Assembly (NCBI GenBank): GCA_030390025.1
Contig: CM059432.1
Location: 39,000,001 to 39,064,000, forward strand
DNA from: Squalus acanthias
Taxonomy: Eukaryota
Direction of reading: 5' to 3'
Length of the DNA: 64,000 nucleotides
Of the stretch, positions 27,481 through 39,471 are shown piece by piece; position 1 is the first letter of the stretch, and every line of letters begins with the position of its first letter. The notes below the pieces were generated by a model. The model had not been told where the DNA came from. It made no database searches and worked only from the letters and a program-made list of their open reading frames with translations. Made by a program: the position numbers and the translations under genes.

Positions 27481-30400
27481 GGAAAAAAGTCAACAAAAAC
27501 AACCTCCTTTAGATAGTGACTTTTATGTAGAGAACTTCTGAAGGCACTTCCAAAAGATTAAGGGAATATACTCTGAGCCACGGAGAGATTAGGAGGGGTG
27601 TCTGAAAGCTCGTTTGAAGAGATGGATTTTGAGAAGATTTTTAAAGGTAGAGAGAGAAATGCAAAGGCAGAGAAGTTTGGGGAGGGAGTTCAGGGCCAGG
27701 GGAATGTAAAAAAGGCCAGAGTCGGAAGTCTACAGGATGTAAGATAAGCCATGATCTTATTGAATGGTGGAGCAGGCTCGAGGGGCCGTATGGCCTAGTC
27801 CTGCTCCTAATGCTAATGTTCTTATGTAAGAGGGGAAATAAGGCTGGAGGAAGTTGAAGAGATAGGATAGAGCAAGGCCATGGAGAGATTTGAAGACAAT
27901 GATGAGGATTTTAAATTTAATGAATTGGGAGACAGAGAGCCAATGTAAGTTAGCAAGGAAGGGGGAAATGAGCAAGCAGGATGGATTGAAGGTTAAATGG
28001 ATATTCTACAGTTTTGTTAAATTTACCTTTAAGGAACAGGGAGGACCTGCCCTCATGTGATTAAATGCCCCCGTGCATGCCTAAATGGGTCGGGGCTGGG
28101 CCGGGGTAGACACAGAATGGCTGGCATAATACCGCCCTGACAAAACTCTGCCCTGAGGGATTTTTCTTGTTTATAAAGAGCTGGGCCTTAGGTCTAAGCT
28201 GGGGAGCTCAGAAATCGCTTTCATTTTAGTGGATTACTTGCAGTGAAAATTTTATTGTACAATACAATATTGTTACAGTAAAAATAATGTTAAAATGACA
28301 TCCCCTTCGAAATGTAACCACCGTGGAATAGGAAGGGCATCTGTCTAGACAAACATGGCTGTAAAATAACAGCTGGGATGAAATTTGAGCAAAGTGATAA
28401 AACATAAATGGCTGTCTTGAAGGCTGAGAAACAAGAAAACATTCAAAATCATAAAAAATGCTGCAAAAGGCACTATTCATGAAATGTAATTGATTAAAAT
28501 TTGAATTTATAAGTAGTCCATGAAGGAAATATTAGAAAAAAACAGGAACTCAGTCATGTTACTAAAACCATTGGTTTATTTACATTAACTGAAATGCTCA
28601 TTCGCAGATTTGCAAAAAATATTAATAACCAAATCATATCATAACATGTAGCTCTAAATTTTGTGAAGTAAAATATAACCGTTGCTTCATGAGATTCTGC
28701 TCATTCTTCTGCCTGAGGCAGACAACAGGGGGCCTTAACCTAACTTTCTTTAAAAAATTACTTCCACATTCTAAGTTCCAATTAATCTTGAAGGCATACC
28801 CAAGATCCCAATAAAATCATTCTAAGCTATACCAATTTCCTGATTAAAGACTGCACATGTTTCTGTTTCGAAACATTACCTTTTTTTTGAGCTCTCACTG
28901 CTTACCTCTTCCACCTACCCCTGAACTGCAAATGCCTTTTTGTCATTGGGTTACTGCAGGTGTAGAACCTTTACTAAAAATTTGTGAAGCCCTTATCTAC
29001 AGGATCAGCAAAGACTAAAAGCCACACTGTACGTCCATGCTTCATTTCCGTTCTTCCCTCAGTGTTGCTAAAGAAACCGAACCTTCTCACCACAGTTGGA
29101 GCAACTGGGTAGTCAGGTCTCACACATAGCTGTCTGTCTGGGGCCCATTGCCTTGATCATTAAAAGTCACAGGCTTCTCTGAGCTCAAAGTACAGCACAA
29201 GGTGATATGTCCTAATGGTTCTGAGGAACTTCAAAGACGGTGTGATACTAATACCCAGGAGCAACTGACAGGCAGGGTCATCACATATGAGCTTTTACAG
29301 AGCAATAGCTATTAAAGTGGTGAATGCTTGGATTGTAGAGAGATATTCATCACTAAGCTCAGTTTATCAAAATTCCGTCCATTATTGATATATAAAAATG
29401 TCTGTGAGAAAAAACTATTAATCATAATATTAATGACCAACAATATTTATTTATTGTATTCTTTCTTCTGTGAGAGATGTAAAAAAGCTAATATATTTGA
29501 ATTACATTTTATGAATATTGCCTTTTACAGCATTTTTTTTGTTTTTGAACATTTTCTTGTTTCTCAGCCTTCAATGAGTATTAGATTACATAAAATTTAA
29601 AGCACCTATTTTAAGTGTATCTGAAATAATTTTGACATTTAAACACCGATTTAACTAGATTATTAAAAATACAATTTACCATGATTTTAAATAATAATTA
29701 ACTTGCATTATTTCACTAAAAGCACTCTTTGTTACCTTTTAACAAAATGAATCAGGTTCTATGCTGTTATATCCTGGGGAGGAATTTTCACTTTCACCAC
29801 CTGGATGGTAACCTGGCAGAATGGATCGCCCGCTTATTGTAGAACTCGCCCAATTGTCACCCCATTGAGTCTCGGCAGTGAAGTGAGAATTAGCCGTGTT
29901 GTTTTTGCCACTTTTTATTTTAAGCTTACTGCAAAAAAAGAGTGTAATAACAGTGTATCACTCTTACATCTCGAGGATGGCTACTACATCTTTTTAATAG
30001 CCATAAATGCATTATACATACATAAAAGTATTTGCGTGTGTATAGATACTGAAAGCTAGCGAGAGGGTTACAATTTCTGCCGGGGTCTCCCAATCTCCCA
30101 CCGTATCTTTGTTAGACGATCGGCAGAAGCCCCAGAGAAATACTGTAAGCGGCTGTTTGCCTTGTTTAGTCCGGGGTTTCATCCAATTTCTGCCGAAGTT
30201 ATGGCGGGAGATCGGGACAGCCCCACGGAAACTCTACTTCAAGGCAGTAATACATCCAGAGGTTCAGATGATATCAGAAATCCAAAGAGGAAAGCTTGAA
30301 TGGTTTATTCAAGTCATCTGAACCCTGAGATGCATTGTGGCCCTGAAACACACCCCTGTGTTATTCTGTATGGGACACACATGTGGAGTTTACAGGGGCA

Positions 30401-33400
30401 GCATCATTCCATTTTTGGTGAGTTCCGTGGTGAACAGCAGCTCCTGTAATCAAATCGGGTGGTTTGAATCACAGTGATAGTTGGTTTTCTTTTGCTACTA
30501 TAACAGGAGAGTAGCAGATACTGTAGATATTGTCACACAGTAACTCAACTTCAAGACCGTGTTGCTCTTTATTGGGTAGGTTCTTTAATGCTAGGGACGT
30601 TTGTTGCTATATATTCTTCAGAAAATGTGTTATGTTTTAAATGCATCTAGCTTAATGATTAGAGCCGGGCTTTTAATCTTCAGACTTGGTACATTGACAT
30701 ATGAACATTGTTCTATTTTCCTGCTGCATTGTAGCATCATTTGATTGCAGGAGTTTAATACAGTGTCATACAGATTGTATTTTGTTTTAAAACTGAATGA
30801 AACTTCAATTTAAAAACAACTGACACAACTGCACAGTACCATGTGCTACATGCTAAAGAAAAACAATGCTGCATTTTAAAATTGTAATAGCTGTTACTCT
30901 GCTTCTGTCCCTTTGTAAACTCTGCAATCTGACGAAATACAGTACCTCCAGATTCAAGACTTGACATCGGTGGCAGTTAACTAATGGGTCTGTTTCACAA
31001 GTGTGAAAGCCCATTATTCATGGTGCTGTAGTCAAGAGTGAGTTATGGAACACTTTCTCACCAGTGAAATAAACTCAGTAACTAAGCATGAGCAATGTGA
31101 CGCTCTTTTAATTATATCGTCATTAATGTTTAGGGTGTCAAAAAGTGCATATGAAAAATATATTTATATTTTAAAACATTAACACTTCATCTGAGTAGGA
31201 GATTTAGAGCTAGAAAATTTAGAATGACAGCTTGATTAAGTGCTGAGTATTTGAACTGTGTGGTGACTGTGAGGGTACTGATAAAAAAACATGTGTGTGG
31301 GCCTCTTAAATCTTTCTCCTTAGCAGTTTTATATGACTCTAGTTCACTCTGTGTGGTAAGAATTAATCCTCAATATTTTCATTAACCATGGTAATAATAT
31401 TAATGATCACTTAAGAAATGTATTAAATGTTGAAAAAACATCTAAGTTTCAATTTTCAAGAATTGCTAAATGCCACTGGACAATTGAAATAGTGATACAC
31501 TATAGAAACTGGCAGGCACAGTGAGTTATTATACTGTGAGTTTGGGCAGTCTCAGCCCTGTTGCTGATGAAACCATCCCAAATTTGGGAATAAATTGGTA
31601 ATCTCACTCAGAGATGCTACGAGGATGACTGATGTGGGAATGGCCATGTCATGTCTTGCAGTTAGGGGTGTTCTGAAGTTGAGTCTGAAGGACATTGCTG
31701 GGAGAGAGTAGAAATAACATAAGTCTGCATCTAATCGTGCTATACCTGACCTGGAAGTGGTTGATGCTGTGTATGCAAAATTGGAACGCTTTGCCTATTA
31801 TTACACGAAAATGGTACTGGGGTCCTACAATTAAACATAAGATCCTGATTTAAATACTGAAATAAGGCTCCCGCTTGTTTCGAGCAGGAATACTGACCAC
31901 CTATTTGAAGGCCTGTTTGAGAATCGAGTTGGGTGAGCCTCAGGTGGCCAATGGGCATGAAATTTGACGACATTTTTTGTTTGCCGACTGCCCCAATTTT
32001 CAATGTACATGTGGCGGTGAGCAGACAAAGATCGTCCCAGGATGTTTCTGGTGTGAAACAATGTCTCAAGTATATGGGTCATGACTGATAATTGCACAGC
32101 TGAGATTTGGACAGTGTTGACAGCCCTGGCTTTGTGACAAATTACAATGAGACATAGGCCTGGAATTTCCTCGGAGCTGCTCCTGCTCTCCTGCTTACAG
32201 TGAAGTTATGGCCGCAGAGTGGGAGCTGTTCTGAGGAAATTCCCAGCTTAAATCTTTCAGCTGTCCCAAACTATACAATTCAATGATACTGTACAACAAA
32301 AACTTATAAGATCCTGTACCATATCTGGTAGGTGATGGGAAATTATTAAATGACTATATATAATCTTATTAAAATTAAGGTATCTCCTGTGGTAAACAAT
32401 GATTCCATTTGCAGTGTCGTTCCTATTTCCCCCATTCTCTCCATCCAATTCTCTGTGTAGTATTTTTATTTTATAACTTTAGTTTTAGCAGAGGAAGGTA
32501 TAAGACTATGAGGAGAAAGCAGGGTAGCAAAGAGCTAGCACAGACACATTTGGTCTATTGGACTCCTTCTGCATTGTAAGCTTCTGTGGTTCTATCGAGT
32601 ACATCAGTCCTGAGACTTGTGCTGCTACGTGCGATCTGTATCATTTCTGACACTTATGCAGGCATGAGAGGGGGCTGGTGGGCGCGTTCACAGGTGCTGC
32701 AAACCTGAGAGACAACACTATCATCTGTGGCTATCCCTACCATCCATCTAGTACTCATCACTGGCCCATGGTCAATGATCTGCAGGAAAGCAAATCTAAT
32801 GGTCCCAACGAGATTAGTGAGTGCTCATATGATGCTTGTCTGTAACCCCTCTCCAATCCTTTTGAGGCCAGAAGATAGAGTCCTCTCCAATCTCACACAC
32901 TAGGCCTTTATGACAGAAGCCAGAACAGCTATGAAAGATAGAAAGACTTACATTTATACAGCGCCTTTCACGACCACCGGATGTCCCAAAGCGCTTTACA
33001 GCCAATGAAGTACTTTTTTTTAAAGTGTAGTCACTGTTGTAATGTAGGAAAGTTGTAATGAAAGAAGGAGAGTGCTCTTAATGCCTTTGTCATGGGAGCC
33101 TCTGCTGTGGATGTCCTTGGAAGTGTCATGGTGGCTCCAATGTTGTTAATCTGTCCTCCAATGTACTTTGCATATCACCGCCGTCTGCAGCACATTGTCT
33201 GATTCAAACCCAATGACTGCAGTTAGTGTTTCATCTGTTCTTTTAAAAACAGTGACCTGTGAAATCGAGATCCCAAGGATGTTCTGCTGAGAGATGACAC
33301 ATCCAGGCTTTCTGGCCAGCAGTAACTCTTAATTACACCACCACCAGCTGTTCCTGCTCACTTTGCTATGGCTCACTCTCTAATTACCCCCAAATTAATT

Positions 33401-33484
33401 GACCAGAAGAGGTAGGTAAAGGGGATAAGGGAATGGAGTTCCTACAACATGTACAGGACTCCTTTCTAACTCAGTATTTAAGAA

Positions 33485-34110
33485 GAATGGAGTATAAAAG
33501 TAGGGAGGTCTTGCTACAACTGTACAGGGCACTGGTGAGACCACACCTGGAGTACTGCGTACAGTTTTGATCTCCTTATTTAAGGAAGGATATATTTGCA
33601 TTGGAGGCAGTTCAGGGAAGGTTCACGAGGTTGATTCCGGAGATGAAGGGGTTGTCTTATGAAGAAAGGTTGAGCAGGTTGGGCCTATACTCATTGGAGT
33701 TTAGAAGAATGAGAGGTGATCTTATTGAAACATATAAGATACTGAAGGGGCTTGACAGGGTAGACGCAGAGAGGATGTTTCACCTCGTGGAGGAATCTAG
33801 AACTACGGGGCATAATTTCTAAATAAGGGGGCACCCATTTAAAATGGAAATGAGGAGGAATTTCTTCTCTCAGAGGGTCATGAATCTGTGGAATTCTCTG
33901 CCCCAGAGAGCTGTGGAGGCTGGGTTATTGAATATATTTAAGGTGGAGATAAACAGATTTTTGAATGGTAAGGGAGTCAAGGGTTATGGGGAGTGGGCAG
34001 GGAAGTGGAGCTGAGGCCAAGATCAGATCAGCCATGATCTTATTGAATGGCGGAGCAGGCTCGAGGGGCCAAATGACCTACTCCTGCTCCTACGTCTTAT
34101 GTTCTTATGT
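33485..34110 (+). mobile_element. CR1 3' fragment
   Basis: ORF 33601-33822 and CTTATGTT tail. Confidence 0.9.
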
Positions 34111-35696
34111 AAGCCCAACAAGCGATTATTTGCTACTAGATCTAGTAATAGGGAATGAACCAGAGCAAATAAGAGAATTAAAAGTAGGGGAACATCTAGG
34201 CAATAATGACCATAATATAATACGCTTTAAGAAATAATTGAAAAGGACATAGGCATGAAAAAGACCAGGGTAATAGATTGTAGAAAAGACAATTTGAGGG
34301 GCTGAGAATAGAACTTGGGAAAATAAAATGGACAATAATATTGGCAAACAATGATGTAGAACAGCAATGGGAAACATTTAAAACGGTGTTCAACAGAGTC
34401 CAGGAAAAATATATTCTGTTAAAAAACAAGAGCAAACTAAATACTAATGAGATACCATGGTGAATAAAGACATTAGTAAAAAATTGAGGATAAGGAAAGA
34501 GGCATACACTAAGCACATGGACTGCAGGGGAGAACATGACAAGAGAGAATACGAAGAGATTAGGAGAGAAGTTAAAAAAAACAATTCAGAAGTCAAAGAA
34601 GAACTATGAAATTAAATTATCAAGGAACATGAAACAAAATAGTAAAATATTGTACAGGCACATGAATAAAAAAAGGAAAACCGGGATGGGAAAGGGGCAC
34701 TAAGGGATAGGCAGGATAAAATTACAGGCAGCAATAGAGAAGACTGATCAGGTGGACATGACATTTGAAGATGAGTTTAGAAATGATATAACCACATTTA
34801 AAATAAAAAGAGGAAAAATATTAAATAAACTAATCAAACTCAAAGAGGATAAAACCCCAGGTCCGGATGGATTGCATCCGTGCATTTTAAAAGAATCTAG
34901 AGAAGAGACAGCAGAGGCACTATTACGCATATTTAATAATTTGTTAGAAAAAGGTGTAGTTGCAGAGGACTGGTGGATAGCTAATGATATACCTATATTT
35001 ACGGAGGGAGATAGAACATGTCCAGGGAACTATAGACCAGTCAGCTTAATATCAGAGGTAGGAAAAATAATGGAATCCCTACTAAAGGAGAAAATAGAAA
35101 AACATCCAGTAACCAAAAATATAATAATGAATAGTGAGCATGGATTTCAAAAGGGAAAGTCTTGCTTGACCAATCTCATTGAATTCTTTGAAGAGGTAAC
35201 AGAGAGAGTAGACGAGGGTAATGCAGGAGATGAAATTTACCTAGATTTACAAAAGGCCCCTTTGATAAGGTGCCACATAATAGACTAATGAATAAGGTCC
35301 GAGCTTGCAGAGTCAGGGACAAGTAGCAGAATGGATAGCTAACTGGCTGCAAGATAGGAAGTAGAGAGTGACATGAATCTGTCATTCATGACTTATGAAA
35401 TAATACTGAGTGGCCTGCAGGTGGCGCTGTCCAGGGAGAGTATAAATACTCGGGCACGGGCCCAGCTTGCGCAGGACATTCTTAACAGGAACTACAGAAG
35501 GACACAACTAGACCTCCATGTTGTAAAACAGTTGATTAAAGCTTTGTTTAACGCTTAGACCAAGTGCCTAGTATGGGTAAAGGGTAGCTATTCAGAGTGG
35601 CAGAAGGTGGACAGTGGGGTCCCACAAGGATCAGTGCTGGGACCACTGTTGTTCACAATTTATATTAATGATTTAGACTTTGGAATCAAAAACACA

Positions 35697-35967
35697 GGCT
35701 GGGATTTTGCTCACCTCGGTGGGTCCAGTGCGGGTGATGTCGCCGGTGGGTTGCGGCCCCGCTGCTGGCTCCATCCTGCTGTCTAAAATGAATTTACGTT
35801 GATAGGGCTTGTTAAGCCCGCCCAACGCGTTTCCTGGTCCAATTAGAGGAAGCGGGTCTGGTGACCCGTGGGTTGACAGCAGGATCCCGACCCATTGTCA
35901 AAAAAAAACACTTTCCCACCCGACCCGCCACCGACCCTGCCCGCTGACACCCCGGAAAATTCTGGCC
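35697..35967 (-). mobile_element. 271-bp Harbinger-type MITE (family of 50150-51229)
   Basis: TIRs GGCTGGGATTTT / AAAATTCTGGCC; TSD ACA; both halves are reverse complements of the 50150-51229 ends. Confidence 0.85.
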
Positions 35968-37374
35968 ACAATTTCTAAATTTGCAGATGACACCAAATTT
36001 GGGGGGCGGGTTCATCAATACTGAGGAGAACAGTAACAAATTACAAGAAGACATTAATAAACATGCAGAATGGACATATAATTTCAAATGATTTTCAAAA
36101 CAGATTACTGTGAGGTATTACATTTTGGGAAGAAAAATAAGGATATCATATATTACTTGGAAAATAAGAATCTAAGGGGTAAAAATTCACTTGGTTGCGC
36201 CTCCCGTTAGCACCTTAAGAGGGCGCTAATGGGGCGTTAAGCCGCTAACGCCCGGGCGCAGCGCTGTTTGCGCCGCTCGAGAACTTAACTTGAGATTGTG
36301 CGGCGGCGCTAAAACTTACCGCTGCGACCACCTGCGCGCGCAGATTGTGACGTCATTCCATGGTGCAACGCCCTTGGGGCGCCCCGGAGCGGAAATTGAG
36401 TGGCGCCCCCTGCCTTACCGCCTGGCGCTTCCAACGACCGGAAGACTGGAACGTTATCAATCGGTGTGGGGCTGGGGGGGGCGCTATTTAAAGGGGGCCT
36501 CTTCCTGTCTTTTTCTGTGGTCGACATTTATGCACCACTCGTTCTGAGAGAGAGAGAGAGATTCGGAGAGAGAGAGAGAGAGACTTCTACATTGACTCAA
36601 CGCTTTGTGAGGTAGTTTGGCCTAGTTCATCCTAACTTTGTTGCTACTTTAGTTGCTGTACCTCATTACTTTTCTGGCAAAGAGAATATGGGGGCTGCAA
36701 TGATTGGGGGCGTCGTCCTGCTCCAGCTGAATCGGAGGATAGTGAGACGCAGACAGAGAGTGGCAATGATGGCCAGACGGAGGAGGGCCATCAGGCGCAT
36801 GTACAGGAGAGCTTACCCTCCCAGGGTATATCGTGAACAGCTCTCCTACATCCATATGTCCGAGGAGCTGTGTTTGCGAAGGCTGCGATTCAGCAAGGAG
36901 GTGGTCACTGAGCTCTGCCACCTGCTGCAGCCAGATCTGCAGCCTCAGCTGAGGTCCAGGACGTCTCTGTCGGTGGCAGTGAAGGTCACAGTGGCTTTGA
37001 ACTTCTACGCCACTGGCTCATTCCAAGCTGCTGTTGGGGACCTCGCCAATATCTCCCAGTTTGCGGTGCATCGCTGCATCCGGCAGGTCACCAATGCCCT
37101 CTTCAGAAGGAGACGAGACTTCATCTCTTTCCCTATGACCCCAGACAAGCAGCGTGACCGTGCTATGGGCTTTGCGAGGGTAGCGGGCTTCCCCATGGTG
37201 CAGGGCGCCATTGACTGCACGCATGTGGCTTTGCGTGCTCCGCGAGAGAATGCAGAGGAATTCAGGAACAGAAAGGGGTTCCATTCCTTGAATGTGCAGT
37301 TGGTCTGTGACCACAGACAGGTGATTCTCGCTGTCAATGCCCACTATCCGGGCAGCTGCCACGATGCTTTCATC

Positions 37375-39021
37375 TGTAAGGGATTTGACCGTGCGTGTCT
37401 CGCAGCCTGTGAGATTCACGCGGCTCTGTGCAGCCTGTATGTCAGTGCGGGTCTAGGCCTTGTTGCCTGTTCTGGTCTCCAGCCAGTCTGGGAGCACTAG
37501 ACACACCTGTGAGTGGTTCGAATCACTCGCCCTTACGGTTCTAGACACTGGACTTAGATGCGAGAGCAGTAATGGAGATGAAACTCATGTAGACTCGGTT
37601 GAATGGTACGAAATGGAAAATCTTTATTGCATGATATTTAAGATTATGAAATACATGTCATAAGCACAGATTAATGACAGTACAATCTTACAAGCAGTTA
37701 TATAGCTAATCCTAGGGAAACGAGGAACGAACGACACACCGTAAATAGGGGCACACATTACAAGTATCCTTAATACTTAAACCCTCCCCTATCAATATCT
37801 GTCCTAGCTAGATTCGTAGGATTTCGAGACTCATGCTCACCACTCGTGATAACTCGGAGAAATTCCGAATAGCTGATCGGATGTTTTTCACCGCAGCACC
37901 CACGTGTCGATCAGGAGATCTCCTGGTCCCACTTGTTTACTTGCTTCTGCTCCGGCTAGCAGGCTGGACCGTCTGCTGTGATGAAGATCTGTGTTGGTTG
38001 GTTTAACTGGCACAGTCCGAATGGGTTTCACAGACCAGTCAATATTATCTTGGAGGATCTTCCAAGGTCTATTCTTGCAAGTTCAAAGAAGTCTCCCTAG
38101 CAAGGAAAACTTGGCTATTCGACCTACAGGCGCGGTCGGGATCTACTGACCGTGGCGATGAGTATGGTCTTCCTCTCTTCTCATCTCATCTCATCTCATC
38201 TCGGGCCTTTGGTTCCGATGCCAGTTACCAACATAGGTCTTCGTTACGCGACACGAGGTAGATCCTGAACGGATCAGAAAGTTCAACAGCCTTTTTCAAA
38301 GAGGCACCAGGCAAGCAGGCACAAGACTACGAGTCAAAACACAGGAGCAGCCACGAGGTTACGAGTCGATCGGATAAGAGAATAAGAGAAAGATGGACGG
38401 TTGGAGCTTGTAATTATAGTACAAAATCTTCCGTTTCCCGCCCAACCTTAATGTCCTTTCTTTTGTTAGGGTTTGGCGCTCAAATGTCTTGTATGGGTGA
38501 TCTCCGTTCTTAATGGGTTTCGGGGCTACTCGTAAATGTCTGAGTACCTGTTAATATTTCTCCCATTGTTAAATCGGTCGGTGTTCTCCCTGGAGGGGTT
38601 TTGGGGCTTCCAAGTGTTTTGAAAAACTACCCGCTAACGGCTCTCTCATCGTAGAGTCGTTGGGATTTTACATATTAATGTCTTTGGATGGGCCCTTGAT
38701 TACTTGGTACAATAGCTTTCATTCGTACCTTGGGAGACCGATTTCAGTATTTATGTGTATACTGTAAACCCATAATGTCTCGTGTATTATCTTCAATGTG
38801 CTGAATCTTAATCGATCTTGCACAAATGTTTATTGGAACGCCATCTTGTCTGCCTGTCGGAAAGTCTAGAATGTTCTGTCACGAGGTGCGGCGGCCATTT
38901 TACAGGCTGCTTGTGTCCACTTTGAGAAACCTGACAGCATTCTGCTGAAATAAAAGCTGTTTGAACGAAACTCTGTGTTTTCTCCTTATTAATAAAATCG
39001 CGATATATTGCGAATTCTACA
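37375..39021 (-). repeat. 3' LTR (1647 bp)
   Basis: Near-identical to 45078-46724 (5 transitions seen by eye); minus-strand AATAAA at 37623-37628; preceded on the minus strand by a purine-rich tract. Confidence 0.97.
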
Positions 39022-39033
39022 GTCCCTCCTGTT
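39022..39033 (-). promoter_or_regulatory. Polypurine tract (short, imperfect)
   Basis: Minus strand AACAGGAGGGAC directly abuts the TGTA start of the 3' LTR. Confidence 0.65.
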
Positions 39034-39471
39034 GATGCGAATAACTCCGCTTATCGTATCAAAAATCATAGTGGTGAGCAATATTATCTCGATTTCTCTC
39101 CGAATCCAGCAAATTAATCCCATAACTTTAACCTAAATAGGGTCTCTGTGTCGTCCTTATTTCCCAAGAAAATTACATTTTATATCACCGTGGGCCTTTA
39201 TTTGCCCTTAAACTTACACCACTTGTTTTCCTTCCCGGCGTAACCAGGCCGATGCCTCTCGTATCACCTGTATATTCATCTTTTATTCAGGGAAAGGAAA
39301 AACAAAACCCAAAACCAAACAATCATTTTTAACTATAACACCATCACCAAAAATAATCAACACCAACTCTTAACATGTCGAGTTCCAAACGTATTTACAG
39401 TCTTTGAAAATCATGATCGAGTACAAACTTCCGCGGCGCACGTGGCGAGCGGGAATGACGCCATTTTCCGA

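Noticed and set aside
36688..37500. 270-aa transposase or domesticated HARBI1 gene
   Set aside because: The last 41 residues are LTR read-through; TIRs and a TSD show it is a transposon, not the host gene.
37460..37663. Duplicated 67-aa plus-strand ORF (also 45163-45366) as an antisense LTR gene
   Set aside because: Non-ATG start, short, no motifs; duplicated only because it lies in the LTR.
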